From contig JACPUC010000015.1 in NCBI GenBank assembly GCA_016192455.1, positions 1-64,000 on the forward strand: DNA of 64,000 nt. The letters are read 5' to 3'. The translations under genes and the position numbers were made by a program. Under the pieces are notes generated by a model. The model was not told the DNA's origin and searched no databases. It saw nothing but the letters and a program-made list of their open reading frames with translations. The stretch comes from Candidatus Tectimicrobiota bacterium (GTDB taxonomy: Bacteria > JACPUC01). The stretch's first letter is position 1, and each line of letters opens with the position of its first letter. Below are positions 29,255 to 39,100 of the stretch, one piece after another.

Positions 29255-29941
29255 ATGGCAAGCGTCACGCAGCTTAAGGATGGCATCTACCGGCTCAGCA
29301 TTTGGCATGACAAGATCGGCATGAGCTTCAGTCAATTCCTCATCGCGGACGCGCAACCGACGCTGATTGAGACGGGCTACCGGAAGGACTTCGAGGAGAC
29401 GCGCCGGGCGATCGCCGAAGTTCTTGACCCATCGACGCTGCGTTTCGTGGTGGTGCCCCACTTCGAAGGGGATGAATGCGGCGCGCTCAATGAGATCCTG
29501 CGTCTGGCGCCTCGTGCCCAGCCGGTGACGAATCGCATCGGCGCCATGACCTCCATCGCCGACTTCGCCATCGCCAGCCCCTACGTCGCCCAGGAGGGTG
29601 ACGTCCTCGACCTTGGGCGGCATAAACTGCGCATCATCATGGCCCCCTTCGTCCATGCCTGGGAGAGCCTCGTCGTGTACGAGGAGACGGAGCAGGTGCT
29701 GTTCAGCAGCGATTTCTTGGGGCAGTACGGCGTCCCCGACGCCATCAGCGATGCCGACCTGACCGGCAGGATGAAAGAATTCGTCAGCCCCGAAAGCTTC
29801 CCATCGGATCGGCACATCCACGCGCTTGTGGCGAAGATCGAGGCGCTTCCCTATTCCATGTTCGCCCCGATGCACGGCGCCGCTCTCACCGCACACCACG
29901 CCGCCAGCCTGCGGGCCATGAAGGAGCTGCGGTTCCCCTGA
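29255..29941 (+). CDS. Stand-alone metallo-beta-lactamase-fold di-iron protein (FprA N-domain/ODP-like)
   Basis: 'PTLIETG', 'VPHFEGDECGA', 'APFVHAWES', 'LFSSDF', 'APMHG'. No flavodoxin domain. Confidence 0.8.
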   Translation: MASVTQLKDGIYRLSIWHDKIGMSFSQFLIADAQPTLIETGYRKDFEETRRAIAEVLDPSTLRFVVVPHFEGDECGALNEILRLAPRAQPVTNRIGAMTSIADFAIASPYVAQEGDVLDLGRHKLRIIMAPFVHAWESLVVYEETEQVLFSSDFLGQYGVPDAISDADLTGRMKEFVSPESFPSDRHIHALVAKIEALPYSMFAPMHGAALTAHHAASLRAMKELRFP

Positions 29942-30270
29942 GGCGGCGGCGCCACGCCGTCTTTCCCTCCGCGGCCCTGCCCTCGCCGCTTCCGCCACCG
30001 CTGGTAAGGTCGTCTCCTGCTGCCGGGCGGTGGCCCGGTCGCGGAGGCTGCGCTCAAGCCCAGCGCCCTCAGGCGCTCCGCTGCCGCGGGCGGGGCGGCG
30101 ACGTGACGGTGTGCGGGGGCTGCTGGCGCGCGCGGTGGCTGTCGGCGCGGCGGCATCGCCCGCCATGTCCCGCTGCCGCTTGGAGAAGCAGGGTGGCCAG
30201 CCGCTTCAAGGTGGAAGCAGGGTTCGGGCGGCGCGCCGCCCGCCTCCGCCGGCGGCGCTCAGAGCAGCGA

Positions 30271-31089
30271 GTGCGTCCTGCGGGCAGCGCGGGAGAGGAA
30301 AAGACGAACCCCGCCAGTCGCCGCCTGGGTGCTCTTGTGGTCTTCTGGCTGCTCGTCGCCTGGGTGGGTGTGGCGCAGGCGCAACCCCTGACGGTCTCCA
30401 CCGCCGCCAGCCTCCGCGATACCTTCAGGGAGATCGCCCGGGCCTTCGAGGCGGCGCACCCTGGGGTGCGCGTGCGCTTGAACCTCGGCGCTTCGGGAAC
30501 CCTGCAGCAGCAGATCGAGCAGGGCGCCCCCGTGGATGTGTTCGCCTCCGCCGCCCTACCGCAGATGGATGCCCTCGAGCGGCAGGGTCTGCTGGTTCCG
30601 GAGAGCCGGCGCAGCTTCGCCACGAACCGGTTGGCGCTCGTCGTCCCGAACAGCGCCTCGCCCGAGCTGGGAAGTTTCGCCGCTCTCACGTCGAGGAGTG
30701 TGGCGCGCATCGCCATGGGAGACCCGCGCTCCGTGCCGGCTGGCGGTTACGCCAAGGAGGTCTTCGAGCACCTCGGGCTGTGGGAGGAGCTGCGCCCCAA
30801 GCTGATCTTCAGCAGCCATGTGCGCCAGGCGCTCGACTACGTGACGCGACGCGAGGTGGATGCGGCCGTCGTCTACCTGACCGATGCGCAGCTCCAGCGC
30901 CACGACGTGCGCCTTGCGGCGCTCGCCGACGCCGCCTGGCACCGACCCATCCGCTACCCCGTCGCGGTGCTGCGGGATGCCCCACAGCGCAAGCTTGCGG
31001 CAGTCTTCGTGGAGTTCGTGACGGGACCTCGCGGACGGGATCTTCTGCAACGCTTTGGCTTCGGCCTCCCAGAGGCGGCGGCCAAGTAG
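30271..31089 (+). CDS. modA: Molybdate ABC transporter substrate-binding protein
   Basis: 'TVSTAASL', 'GASGTLQQQIEQGAPVDVFASA', 'SVPAGGYA', 'VYLTDA', 'IRYP'. Start uncertain (30103-30340). Confidence 0.95.
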   Translation: MRPAGSAGEEKTNPASRRLGALVVFWLLVAWVGVAQAQPLTVSTAASLRDTFREIARAFEAAHPGVRVRLNLGASGTLQQQIEQGAPVDVFASAALPQMDALERQGLLVPESRRSFATNRLALVVPNSASPELGSFAALTSRSVARIAMGDPRSVPAGGYAKEVFEHLGLWEELRPKLIFSSHVRQALDYVTRREVDAAVVYLTDAQLQRHDVRLAALADAAWHRPIRYPVAVLRDAPQRKLAAVFVEFVTGPRGRDLLQRFGFGLPEAAAK

Positions 31090-31108
31090 GGAGCGGTGAG
31101 GAGCAGCG

Positions 31109-31786
31109 ATGTCCTGGCAATTCTGGCCCCCCCTCTACCTTAGTATCAAGGTCTCCTTCACGGCCACCTTGGTTGTCGGGCTTGTCGGCATCCCCTTGGC
31201 GCTGCTCCTGGCGCGCCGTCGGTTTTGGGGGAAGCGGCTGCTTGATCTCGTGCTCACGCTGCCGATCGTCCTCCCCCCGACCGTGGTGGGCTACCTGCTG
31301 ATCGTGGTCCTGGGCCGGCGCGGCCTTCTCGGTCGCTACCTCTACGACTGGTTCGGGGTGAGTCTTGCCTTCACCTGGGAGGCCGCCGTCGTGGCCTCCT
31401 GCGTGGTGGCCATGCCCCTCATGATCAAGTCGGCCCGCGCGGCCTTCGAGGCGACGGACCCGCACCTCGAGCTCGTCTCCTACACCCTCGGCAAGTCCCG
31501 CCTCTACACCTTCCTGCACATCACCATGCCGCTGTCGAAGTTCGGCCTTATCGCCGGACTGGTCCTTGCCTTCGCCCGTGCCATGGGAGAATTCGGCGCC
31601 ACCGTCATGTTCGCCGGCAACATCCCGGGTGAGACCGCCACGATGCCGCTGGAGATCTTCTCGGCCCACACCGCGGGTGATAACCGGACCGCGGCGCTCC
31701 TCGTGGTGATCCACACCGCCGTGGCGCTCCTCATGCTCTATGGGGTGCAGCGCTGGGAGAGCCGGCCGTGGTGGGCGCGCCGTTGA
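31109..31786 (+). CDS. modB: Molybdate ABC transporter permease
   Basis: 'LPIVLPPTVVGY', 'FARAMGEFGAT.MFAGNIPG.T.TMPL.I'. Confidence 0.96.
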   Translation: MSWQFWPPLYLSIKVSFTATLVVGLVGIPLALLLARRRFWGKRLLDLVLTLPIVLPPTVVGYLLIVVLGRRGLLGRYLYDWFGVSLAFTWEAAVVASCVVAMPLMIKSARAAFEATDPHLELVSYTLGKSRLYTFLHITMPLSKFGLIAGLVLAFARAMGEFGATVMFAGNIPGETATMPLEIFSAHTAGDNRTAALLVVIHTAVALLMLYGVQRWESRPWWARR

Positions 31787-32175
31787 CGGCCGCCGCGCCG
31801 AGGAGAGCAGCCTGCTGCGATCTTCCGGCGCTCTGGCGGGCTTCGCCGGCGTCCGGTTCCAGCCTGGCGAACCTCCAACCGGCGAGGCGCAATACGGAAG
31901 CCAACATCAATGCCTGGCGCGCCCACCCGGAGGTCCTCCGGGCCCTCCAGCCTTCCTTCCGAACGGCGTAATGTGTCAAGTTTTATGAAACTCTCTCCGC
32001 CTCGGAAGCAGAGGATTTGTTGCCCCGTTTGGCAAGGGCGGATGTGGGGAATTCAGGCAATTGTTACGTACTCAGAACGACTTGCATCATTCTCTCGCCT
32101 CTTGCCTTGACATCTTAGGGCGAAGAACCTGATCATCATACTGTGGAGATGCACCGCTGACCCGGCAGGGAGCGG

Positions 32176-34053
32176 GTGTCGATTGGAGGCTCTGAATTGA
32201 AGGGGAGCTTCCTCACCGTCGAGGAAGAGGGAGGCGCGCGGCAACACTCCCTGCAGCGGCACGACCACGGGTATGGTCTGCGGCGGAGCCGTCGAAGGTC
32301 GTGGTGGCTGCGGCTCCTCCTCCTTCTCCAGCTTCTGGTCCTGGCTGGCTGCGGCGGCACGCGCATCGTCTACATCCCCCCGCAGCTCTTGCAAGGGATG
32401 CCCGCGAAGCCTGCCGGGAAGCCTGAGGTCAAGGTGACCAGCGAGGCGGTGGAAGCAAGCCTGGCGCCGCAGCGACGCGCGGAGGGGGTTGCGGCGACCC
32501 TGCCGGCGCGGTCTCCCGCACAGGCCGAGACAAGCCAGCCGGCCGCGCCAGGCGGACCAGGGGCCGCCGAGACGACGGGCAAGCTGATCCAGCCGGGGGA
32601 GCCCCTGCCGGACCTCACGATGTCGCGGCTCCAGCTCGTCCCCAGCGAGGGTCCGGCCGCCGCCCCGCTCGGGCCGCCGGAACGTCTGCCTCGGGAGCCG
32701 GGGGTGCTGGGGAGCGCACCAGGCCGTCTGCCGCCGGAGTCCGCCGGCGCGGCGCCGCGCGGCATGCGCGAGGAACAGCCTGGGGGGCTTCCTGACCTGA
32801 CCATGTCGGGGCTCCAAGTGCAACCGCGAACGGCGGGACGGCGCTTCAGCCTCTCCGCGCAAGACCAGGAGATCAACGCGGTCTTAATCCGCCTGGCGCA
32901 CGCCGGGGGGGTGAACCTGGCGGTCGACCCGGATGTGCGCGGCCGGGTCAGTGTGGAGCTCAACGAGGTGACGTTGGATCAGGCCCTCACCGCAATCCTC
33001 CCCCCGCTGGGCTATGCCGCGCAGCGCTCGGGAGGCATCATCTGGATCGGGCGGCCCGATCTCGAGAGCCGCACCTTCGACCTGGGCTTCTTGAGCACCC
33101 AGCCCGTGACGCGCCGGGTTGATGACCAGCCCCGGGACGTGGTTGACGTGCGCGCCCGCCAGCTCGTCTGGGAGGAACTTTGGCACGCCCTGGAAACGGT
33201 CATTTTCGGGGGACCGGACGAATCCGCCGCGGCCGGAGCCGGCAAGCTCAGGTATGCCCGCAGTGGACTGCACGGGCGACGCCTCATCATGCAGCCGCGC
33301 AGCGGCCTGGTGTTGATCAGGACGACGCCCGACAACCTGGCGGTCAGCGCCTCCCTCATTGACCGCGTCAGGAATGCGGCCCGGCGCCGCGTTGCCGTGG
33401 CGGGCGCCATCGTGGAGGTGCGGCAGCCCGGCGGCCGAGGCGCCCCGGGGGTGATCGAGGGGGCGCCGCCGGAGAAGCCGCCTGCGTCGCCGCGGGCCGG
33501 GGCGGCCGGAGCCGCCATCCAGCGCCGTGCCGCGAAGGAGGGATTGCCGGCCACCGACGGCTTGGTGGACATCATCGTGAGCCGCAAGAGCATCGCTGAC
33601 ATCATCGCCGCCCTGGAGGCGGCGGGCGAGGTGCGCGTCGTGGCGCGACCTCGTCTCTTGGTCAGCAACAACCAGCGGGCGGTCCTGAAGTTCCAGCACA
33701 GTCCAGGAGCTTCCGCGGGAGCGCCGCTGGCAGGACTCGAGCTCGTGGTCGCGCCGAGCGTCGGAGAAGATGGTTCCCTGAACATCATCCTTCACCCGAT
33801 CTTGGTGAGTGGCGGGGGAGGGGGCGAGTCCGCGACCGGCGAGATCGACACCGTCGTCGTCCTGCGCCCGGGTGAGACACTCATCATGAGCGGGCTGGTG
33901 CAGGGGTTGGCGGTCGCGCCCGCGGCCGGCGCGTCGGCTTCCTCCTCGGCGCCGCCGTCGCAGCGAGGAAGCCGCTCCGAGCTGATCATCCTGCTGCGCG
34001 CCACCATCCTGACCGATGAAGTGGAGCCCCGCTCCTCCCGCGCTGGCGGATAG
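32176..34053 (+). CDS. Secretin-family outer membrane lipoprotein (MshL/GspD-like, divergent)
   Basis: Lipobox 'LAGC' (Cys at 32350), N0/STN-like 'FSLSAQDQ..NLAVDPDVRGRVSVEL..VTLDQAL', secretin-like 'VVARPRLLVSNNQRA', 'EIDTVV.LRPGETLIMSGL', 'SELIILLR'. Confidence 0.75.
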   Translation: MSIGGSELKGSFLTVEEEGGARQHSLQRHDHGYGLRRSRRRSWWLRLLLLLQLLVLAGCGGTRIVYIPPQLLQGMPAKPAGKPEVKVTSEAVEASLAPQRRAEGVAATLPARSPAQAETSQPAAPGGPGAAETTGKLIQPGEPLPDLTMSRLQLVPSEGPAAAPLGPPERLPREPGVLGSAPGRLPPESAGAAPRGMREEQPGGLPDLTMSGLQVQPRTAGRRFSLSAQDQEINAVLIRLAHAGGVNLAVDPDVRGRVSVELNEVTLDQALTAILPPLGYAAQRSGGIIWIGRPDLESRTFDLGFLSTQPVTRRVDDQPRDVVDVRARQLVWEELWHALETVIFGGPDESAAAGAGKLRYARSGLHGRRLIMQPRSGLVLIRTTPDNLAVSASLIDRVRNAARRRVAVAGAIVEVRQPGGRGAPGVIEGAPPEKPPASPRAGAAGAAIQRRAAKEGLPATDGLVDIIVSRKSIADIIAALEAAGEVRVVARPRLLVSNNQRAVLKFQHSPGASAGAPLAGLELVVAPSVGEDGSLNIILHPILVSGGGGGESATGEIDTVVVLRPGETLIMSGLVQGLAVAPAAGASASSSAPPSQRGSRSELIILLRATILTDEVEPRSSRAGG

Positions 34054-34180
34054 AGGAGAGCCGGAGCCGTTCCGGCGCTTCGGCTGCCTGCACCTCCATC
34101 ACCCGGGGCATTCCTCTCCGCCCTGCGGGGGAGCCGGCGCGGCAGCCCATAGGTTGTTCTGGCGAGGGAAGGGAAGGAGC

Positions 34181-36151
34181 ATGTACGAAGCCTACTTCGG
34201 CTTGCGTGAGAAGCCCTTTAACCTTGCCCCCGATCCCGCTTACTTCTTCCTCAGCAGCAAGCACCGCGACGTGCTTGATCATCTGCTCTACACGGTCCGC
34301 GAGCGGGAAGGGTTCGCCGTCTTTACTGGCGAGGTGGGTACGGGGAAGACGACCGTGTGTCGGACCTTCCTGAACACCTTGCCGCCACAGGTGACCAGCG
34401 CCCTGGTGCTCAACCCCCTCCTCTCCGAGGACGAGCTCCTGCGCGCCATCGTCCAGGATTTCGGCCTGCAACCCGAAGGCGCCACGAAGAAGGGCCTCAT
34501 CGACCAGCTCAACGACTTCCTCCTCGCCTCCCTCGCCGAAGGACGCAACGCCGTCCTCATCATTGACGAGGCGCAAAACCTCTCCAGCGCGGTGCTGGAG
34601 CAAATCCGCATTCTGTCGAACCTGGAAACCGAGAAAGAGAAGCTCCTACAGATCATCCTGGTGGGACAGGCGGAGCTGCGCGACAAGCTCGAGCGACCGG
34701 AGCTCCGGCAGCTCAACCAGCGCGTCTCGATTCGTTTCCACCTCGATCCGCTCAGTCCCACCGAGACGCGGGAGTACGTCGACCATCGCCTGCAGGTGGC
34801 GGGCGCCGGTGAAACACCGCGTTTCACGCGCAAAGCGGTCGACCTTGTCTACGCTTACTCCGGCGGCGTACCCCGCCGCATCAACCTCCTCTGCGATCGG
34901 GCGCTCCTGCGGGCGTTCGTCGAGCAGGAGGGGCGCGTCACCCCGCGCATGGTGCGGTTGGGACGGCGCAGCCTCAGCGGCGAGGATGCCGCGGGCATCT
35001 CTCGCCGGCGCTTCTCCTCGGGGCGGCCGCTCGCGGCGGCGGGCCTGAGTGCGGCCGTGATCCTGGCCGGTGGCATCTACGCCTTGGGAGTTTGGTCAGC
35101 GGATTGGGTCAGTCGCAGGGAGGCAACCTCGAACCTCCAGGCCGAAGCGGTGACGAGCACCTCCCTTCCCTCGCCAGGGTTCGCGGCGGGCCCACTACCC
35201 GGTGGCGCCCAGACCAATGGCGCCGAGACCGGCTTGGCGCCCCCCGGCAGGAGCGGGCCGTCACCGTTGCACCGGGGTGCGCCGGCCCGGCCAGCCGCCG
35301 CCACCACCGCCCCCGCCGGGCCGCCCGCCGCGCCCCTGCCTGGGACCACCGCCGCCAGCCCTTCAATGGACGGGAGAGAGCGGAGCGCGCTGATCAATCC
35401 GGCCCGGAGCACGGCGCCAGGCGCCATGTCGGCGGCGGAACCGCAGCCAGAGGGTCGGCGCGCCGAGGCGCCTACTGGCGGATCAGCGTTGCCGGCGCGG
35501 AGCTCCGGGACTCTTCACGCCCCCGGCGCGGCCAACCCCCAGGGCTCGGCATCGCGGCTGACGCCGCCTGCCGCGCCGATCGCCGCCGCAGAATCATCCT
35601 CCTCGGCTCGCCAGGAGCGGCCCGGCGCGCGGGGGGATGCGCCGAGGACGGCGCTTGCCCCCAGCCTCCGCAGAGGACCCGCCGCGGCGGAGTCGGAACC
35701 GCTGCGCATTGCGGCGCCCTCCGTCTCCAAGCCTCAGGGGCTCGGCGGCGCGGCGGCTGCTGGAATCCCCACTCCACCAAGGGCCGCGGATGCCGCTGGA
35801 CGGCCGGCTCCGCCAGTCGCTGCCGCCGCTGCGTCCCGGGCCGATCCACGCCTGCCGGGTACGCTGGCGGAGCGCCTCTTCAAGCCTGATCCGCGGTTCC
35901 CCTTCACCGTCCATCTCGGCTCCTACCGGAGCGCTGAGAACGCCTTGGAAGCTGCTGGCGTCCTTGAACAACGGGGATATACTATTTATGTAGCCATAGT
36001 GTCTGCTCCAAGGCGGGGGGAGTACTACCGCATTCTCGTGGGACGGTACGCGAGCAAGCGCGAAGCCGTCCTGGCTGCGAAGCAACTGCGCCTCCAGGCG
36101 ACGGATGAGCCACGGGTGCTCGAGTCGCGGCGCGCGGTGGTGTTCCAATAG
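34181..36151 (+). CDS. ExeA/MshM-family AAA ATPase with TM segment and C-terminal SPOR domain
   Basis: 'MYEAYFGLREKPF', Walker A 'GEVGTGKT', 'IIDEAQNL', 'LVGQAEL', 'GVPRRINLLCDRAL'. C-terminal 'FTVHLGSY...YYRILVGRY.SKREA'. Confidence 0.9.
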   Translation: MYEAYFGLREKPFNLAPDPAYFFLSSKHRDVLDHLLYTVREREGFAVFTGEVGTGKTTVCRTFLNTLPPQVTSALVLNPLLSEDELLRAIVQDFGLQPEGATKKGLIDQLNDFLLASLAEGRNAVLIIDEAQNLSSAVLEQIRILSNLETEKEKLLQIILVGQAELRDKLERPELRQLNQRVSIRFHLDPLSPTETREYVDHRLQVAGAGETPRFTRKAVDLVYAYSGGVPRRINLLCDRALLRAFVEQEGRVTPRMVRLGRRSLSGEDAAGISRRRFSSGRPLAAAGLSAAVILAGGIYALGVWSADWVSRREATSNLQAEAVTSTSLPSPGFAAGPLPGGAQTNGAETGLAPPGRSGPSPLHRGAPARPAAATTAPAGPPAAPLPGTTAASPSMDGRERSALINPARSTAPGAMSAAEPQPEGRRAEAPTGGSALPARSSGTLHAPGAANPQGSASRLTPPAAPIAAAESSSSARQERPGARGDAPRTALAPSLRRGPAAAESEPLRIAAPSVSKPQGLGGAAAAGIPTPPRAADAAGRPAPPVAAAAASRADPRLPGTLAERLFKPDPRFPFTVHLGSYRSAENALEAAGVLEQRGYTIYVAIVSAPRRGEYYRILVGRYASKREAVLAAKQLRLQATDEPRVLESRRAVVFQ

Positions 36152-36178
36152 AGCGCCCTTGGGGGAGAGGACGCTGCC

Positions 36179-39100
36179 ATGAGTCTCATTGCTGACGCGT
36201 TGCGGCGCGCGCAGGAAGAGCGCGAGAAGGCTGCACAACGCGCCTCTCCGCAAAGAGGGGCGCCGGAGCACCCTGAGGGCGAGCAGACCGCCGGCCCTGA
36301 GGTGGAGCATCCACCCAGCGCCACGGCGGCGAAAGGCGGTGGCCAGGAGGAGCGTGTGCAGCGCCGTGAGAGCGCCCGGTCAACCCCCGCCGCCGCGCCG
36401 GCAGAGCCGCGCCGGGCGGCAAGGCGCGGGACGCAGCACGCGGCGCCTCGTCCGTCGGGTGAGCCTGCACCTGGGGAACCCCTCGCGGGCATGAGCGATG
36501 CCGAGCTTGAGGAGAAGATCTCCGATGCGCGCACGAGCCTCCTGCGAGCGTTCCAGGAGCAAGAGGAGGCGCAGGGGAAGGAGCGGCCCGCTGCCGCCGC
36601 GGCACCTTCGGCGGCAGCGGGGTCGCGGACCGGGAGCGCCGGCGGCGGCAAGGGAACCGCAGCGGGCCGGGCGACGACGACCTTCGCATCGCCGGCACGT
36701 GGAAAGCAGGTCAAAGAGCAAACGCCAACCCCGCCTCTCGTCGCGCGCCAGCCGTCTCCGCCAACGCCTCCACCCATCCCACCTCAGCAGCAGGTTGAGC
36801 CACCCGACGACGCACCTCATGAGGAAGCAGAGGGGGGGGAGGTGGCGTTAGGTCCCGTCTTCCCGGGGAGCGAGCGCGACGCCGTCCGCAGAGAGTTCCT
36901 TGATCTCATTGGGGCGGCTCAAGGCGTTCCTCCCGCGTCGGCGCCCGCCGCCGAATCCCGCGAGGAGCTGGCGGCATTCCAGCCGGGAACGAAGGAAGAG
37001 GCGCCTCCGCCACAGCCCCCGTGGCGGCCGAGGTCCGTGGCCGAGGAGACGTTGTTCGAGCCGGGCGACACGGGGACCACTCCCTTTCCCACCGAACCGT
37101 CAAGCGGAACGGAGGGGGAGGCGGAAGCGAAGGTTCGCCACGATCCGCTGGCCGCTCAGGCGCAAGGCTTTGCGACGGTGGACGACCTGTTTGGGGATCT
37201 CGGTCAAGGAACGAGCAGGGAGACGGTTCCCGAGGCGGGTGTGAGGTTGCCGGCTCAGCCAAGCCATGCGCCCGGGCCGGCGGCAAGACCCGCCGCTGTC
37301 CCGGCCACGCGGAGTCCGGAGTCTGCCCCGGCGGCGCGCCAGCGGTCGATGCCCCCGGCGACTGCCGCGGAGGTGCAAGAGCGTGGCTTGCCCAGCCCCG
37401 AGGAGCAGGGGTCGGAAGTGGCGCCGCAGTCTGAGAAGCCCGCCGCGGGGGCTGAAGCTCAGCAAGCGGCCCTCCTGGAGTCATTAAAAAAACTCGGCAT
37501 GCGGCCCCAAGACTTGCTCCCGACCGCAGCGGCGTCCGAGTCGTCCGCCGGCGTGACCAGCGGCGAGCCCGCCGGAACCGCCGCGGCGGGGCTGGGGCAT
37601 GACCGGCGCGGCGAACCCGGTCGTCCCCCGCCGAGCGAGCTGACAGCACCAGAGGAGGCCCACACGGCGGAGGAAAAAGGGCGGCCGGAGAAGCTGCAAG
37701 GCATCGGCCAAGAGGAGGACCATGAAGGTGGTCCTGCTACGAGCCGAGGAGCGGCCGCAAGGGGGGCTCCGCTGCGGAGGCAGCCGGCTCCGCTCGCGGC
37801 GAGGCGAGCGGCGCAACCCAGCCGGGAAGCCGCGCAGCCGCAACAGCCGGAACCTGCGACCCCTCCGGTGCCAGGTGATGAGGACCTCCTCGACAGCCTG
37901 AAGAAGCTGGGGACCGGTGCCGGCGCAATCGAGCAGGAGCGCCAACCAGATCGCGAGGAGGCGTTCGAGGACCTCCCAGGGATTGCCGACAAGTGGGAGG
38001 CTCTTCCCCAGGCGCGCGGGCCGTCGTCCGAGGATGACAAGGAAGACGCGGGAAGTTTTCTGGAGCGTAATCGCATCCTGATCGGCATCGGCGGCATCAT
38101 CCTCCTGCTTGTGATCGGCATCTTTTCGATTGGTCGCCAAACGTTCTTTGGTCGCCGTTCCGAGCAGGTGGCGCGGCCCTCAAGCCAGGAGATTGCACGG
38201 CTGCTGGCAGAGCGGAAGCTCCTGGAAAAGCAACAGGGTGCTCGACGGAGCCCCACCACGGCGGAGTTTGCGGAGGACGTGGCGAGGCGGACACGTCAGC
38301 TCCAGTCGGAGATTGCCAGTCAACCCCTCCCCGCGGCGGGGGCCGGGACACCCTCCTCGCCCGCAGCCGCGGCGGCAGGCGGCGCGGCTCGACCGAGCGC
38401 GGTCGCGCCGTCGAGGGCCCCAACGTCTGTCCCTCCGGGTGGATCGGCGAAGGCAGCCGCCGGGTCGGTTCAAACCGCCAGCATCGGGAAGATCAACGAG
38501 GGCGGGCTCCTCGAAGGGTTGAAGACCATCACCTCTGAACCCGGCGAGGTCCGCCCGCGCGCGGCGGCCCCGGCCTCGGGCCCGGCTGCTGCGGAGTCCG
38601 CGGCTCCCCGTCCGGCTGCCGTGCCTGCCGGCGCCACGCGAGCCGAACAAACAGCACGACCACCCACCCCGCCACCGGAGCCGGCGGCGCGGGTCGCTCC
38701 TGCACCTGCCGCGGCTGAGAAGGTGATGCGGGACGGCGGGGACCGTGGGTCGATAGTAGGCGCCGCGCCGGGCGCTGAACGTGCGGTGCCGTCTCGCGCC
38801 GCCGCAGCTCCGGCGGCTCCCGCGGCGCCGGCGGCCCCTGCACAGGAGAAGCGTGACCTGCCGATCGCGCCGGCGGCTGCGCCGGGAACCCCGCGGGAGG
38901 CGCCAGCCGGCAAAATGGAGGACGGGAAGCCAGCCGCCGCACCGGCGCCGACCCCCAGCGGACCGGCGGATGAGCGGACTCCCCCGTCGACGCGTGCGGG
39001 AGAAACGTTTGTCAGCGAATCGTTCCCAGCCGATCCGGAGGAGCGCCGCAACCTGGCGCGCATGCACTTCGCCCGCGGCGTGAGCGCCCATCGCCTGGCG

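Noticed and set aside
29942-30270. Possible Moco riboswitch or ModE box upstream of modA
   Set aside because: No recognisable consensus; the sequence is uniformly GC-rich.
36832-36839. G8 homopolymer as a phase-variation tract
   Set aside because: Similar G/C runs occur in essential genes (e.g. murB near 55929), so this is expected background.
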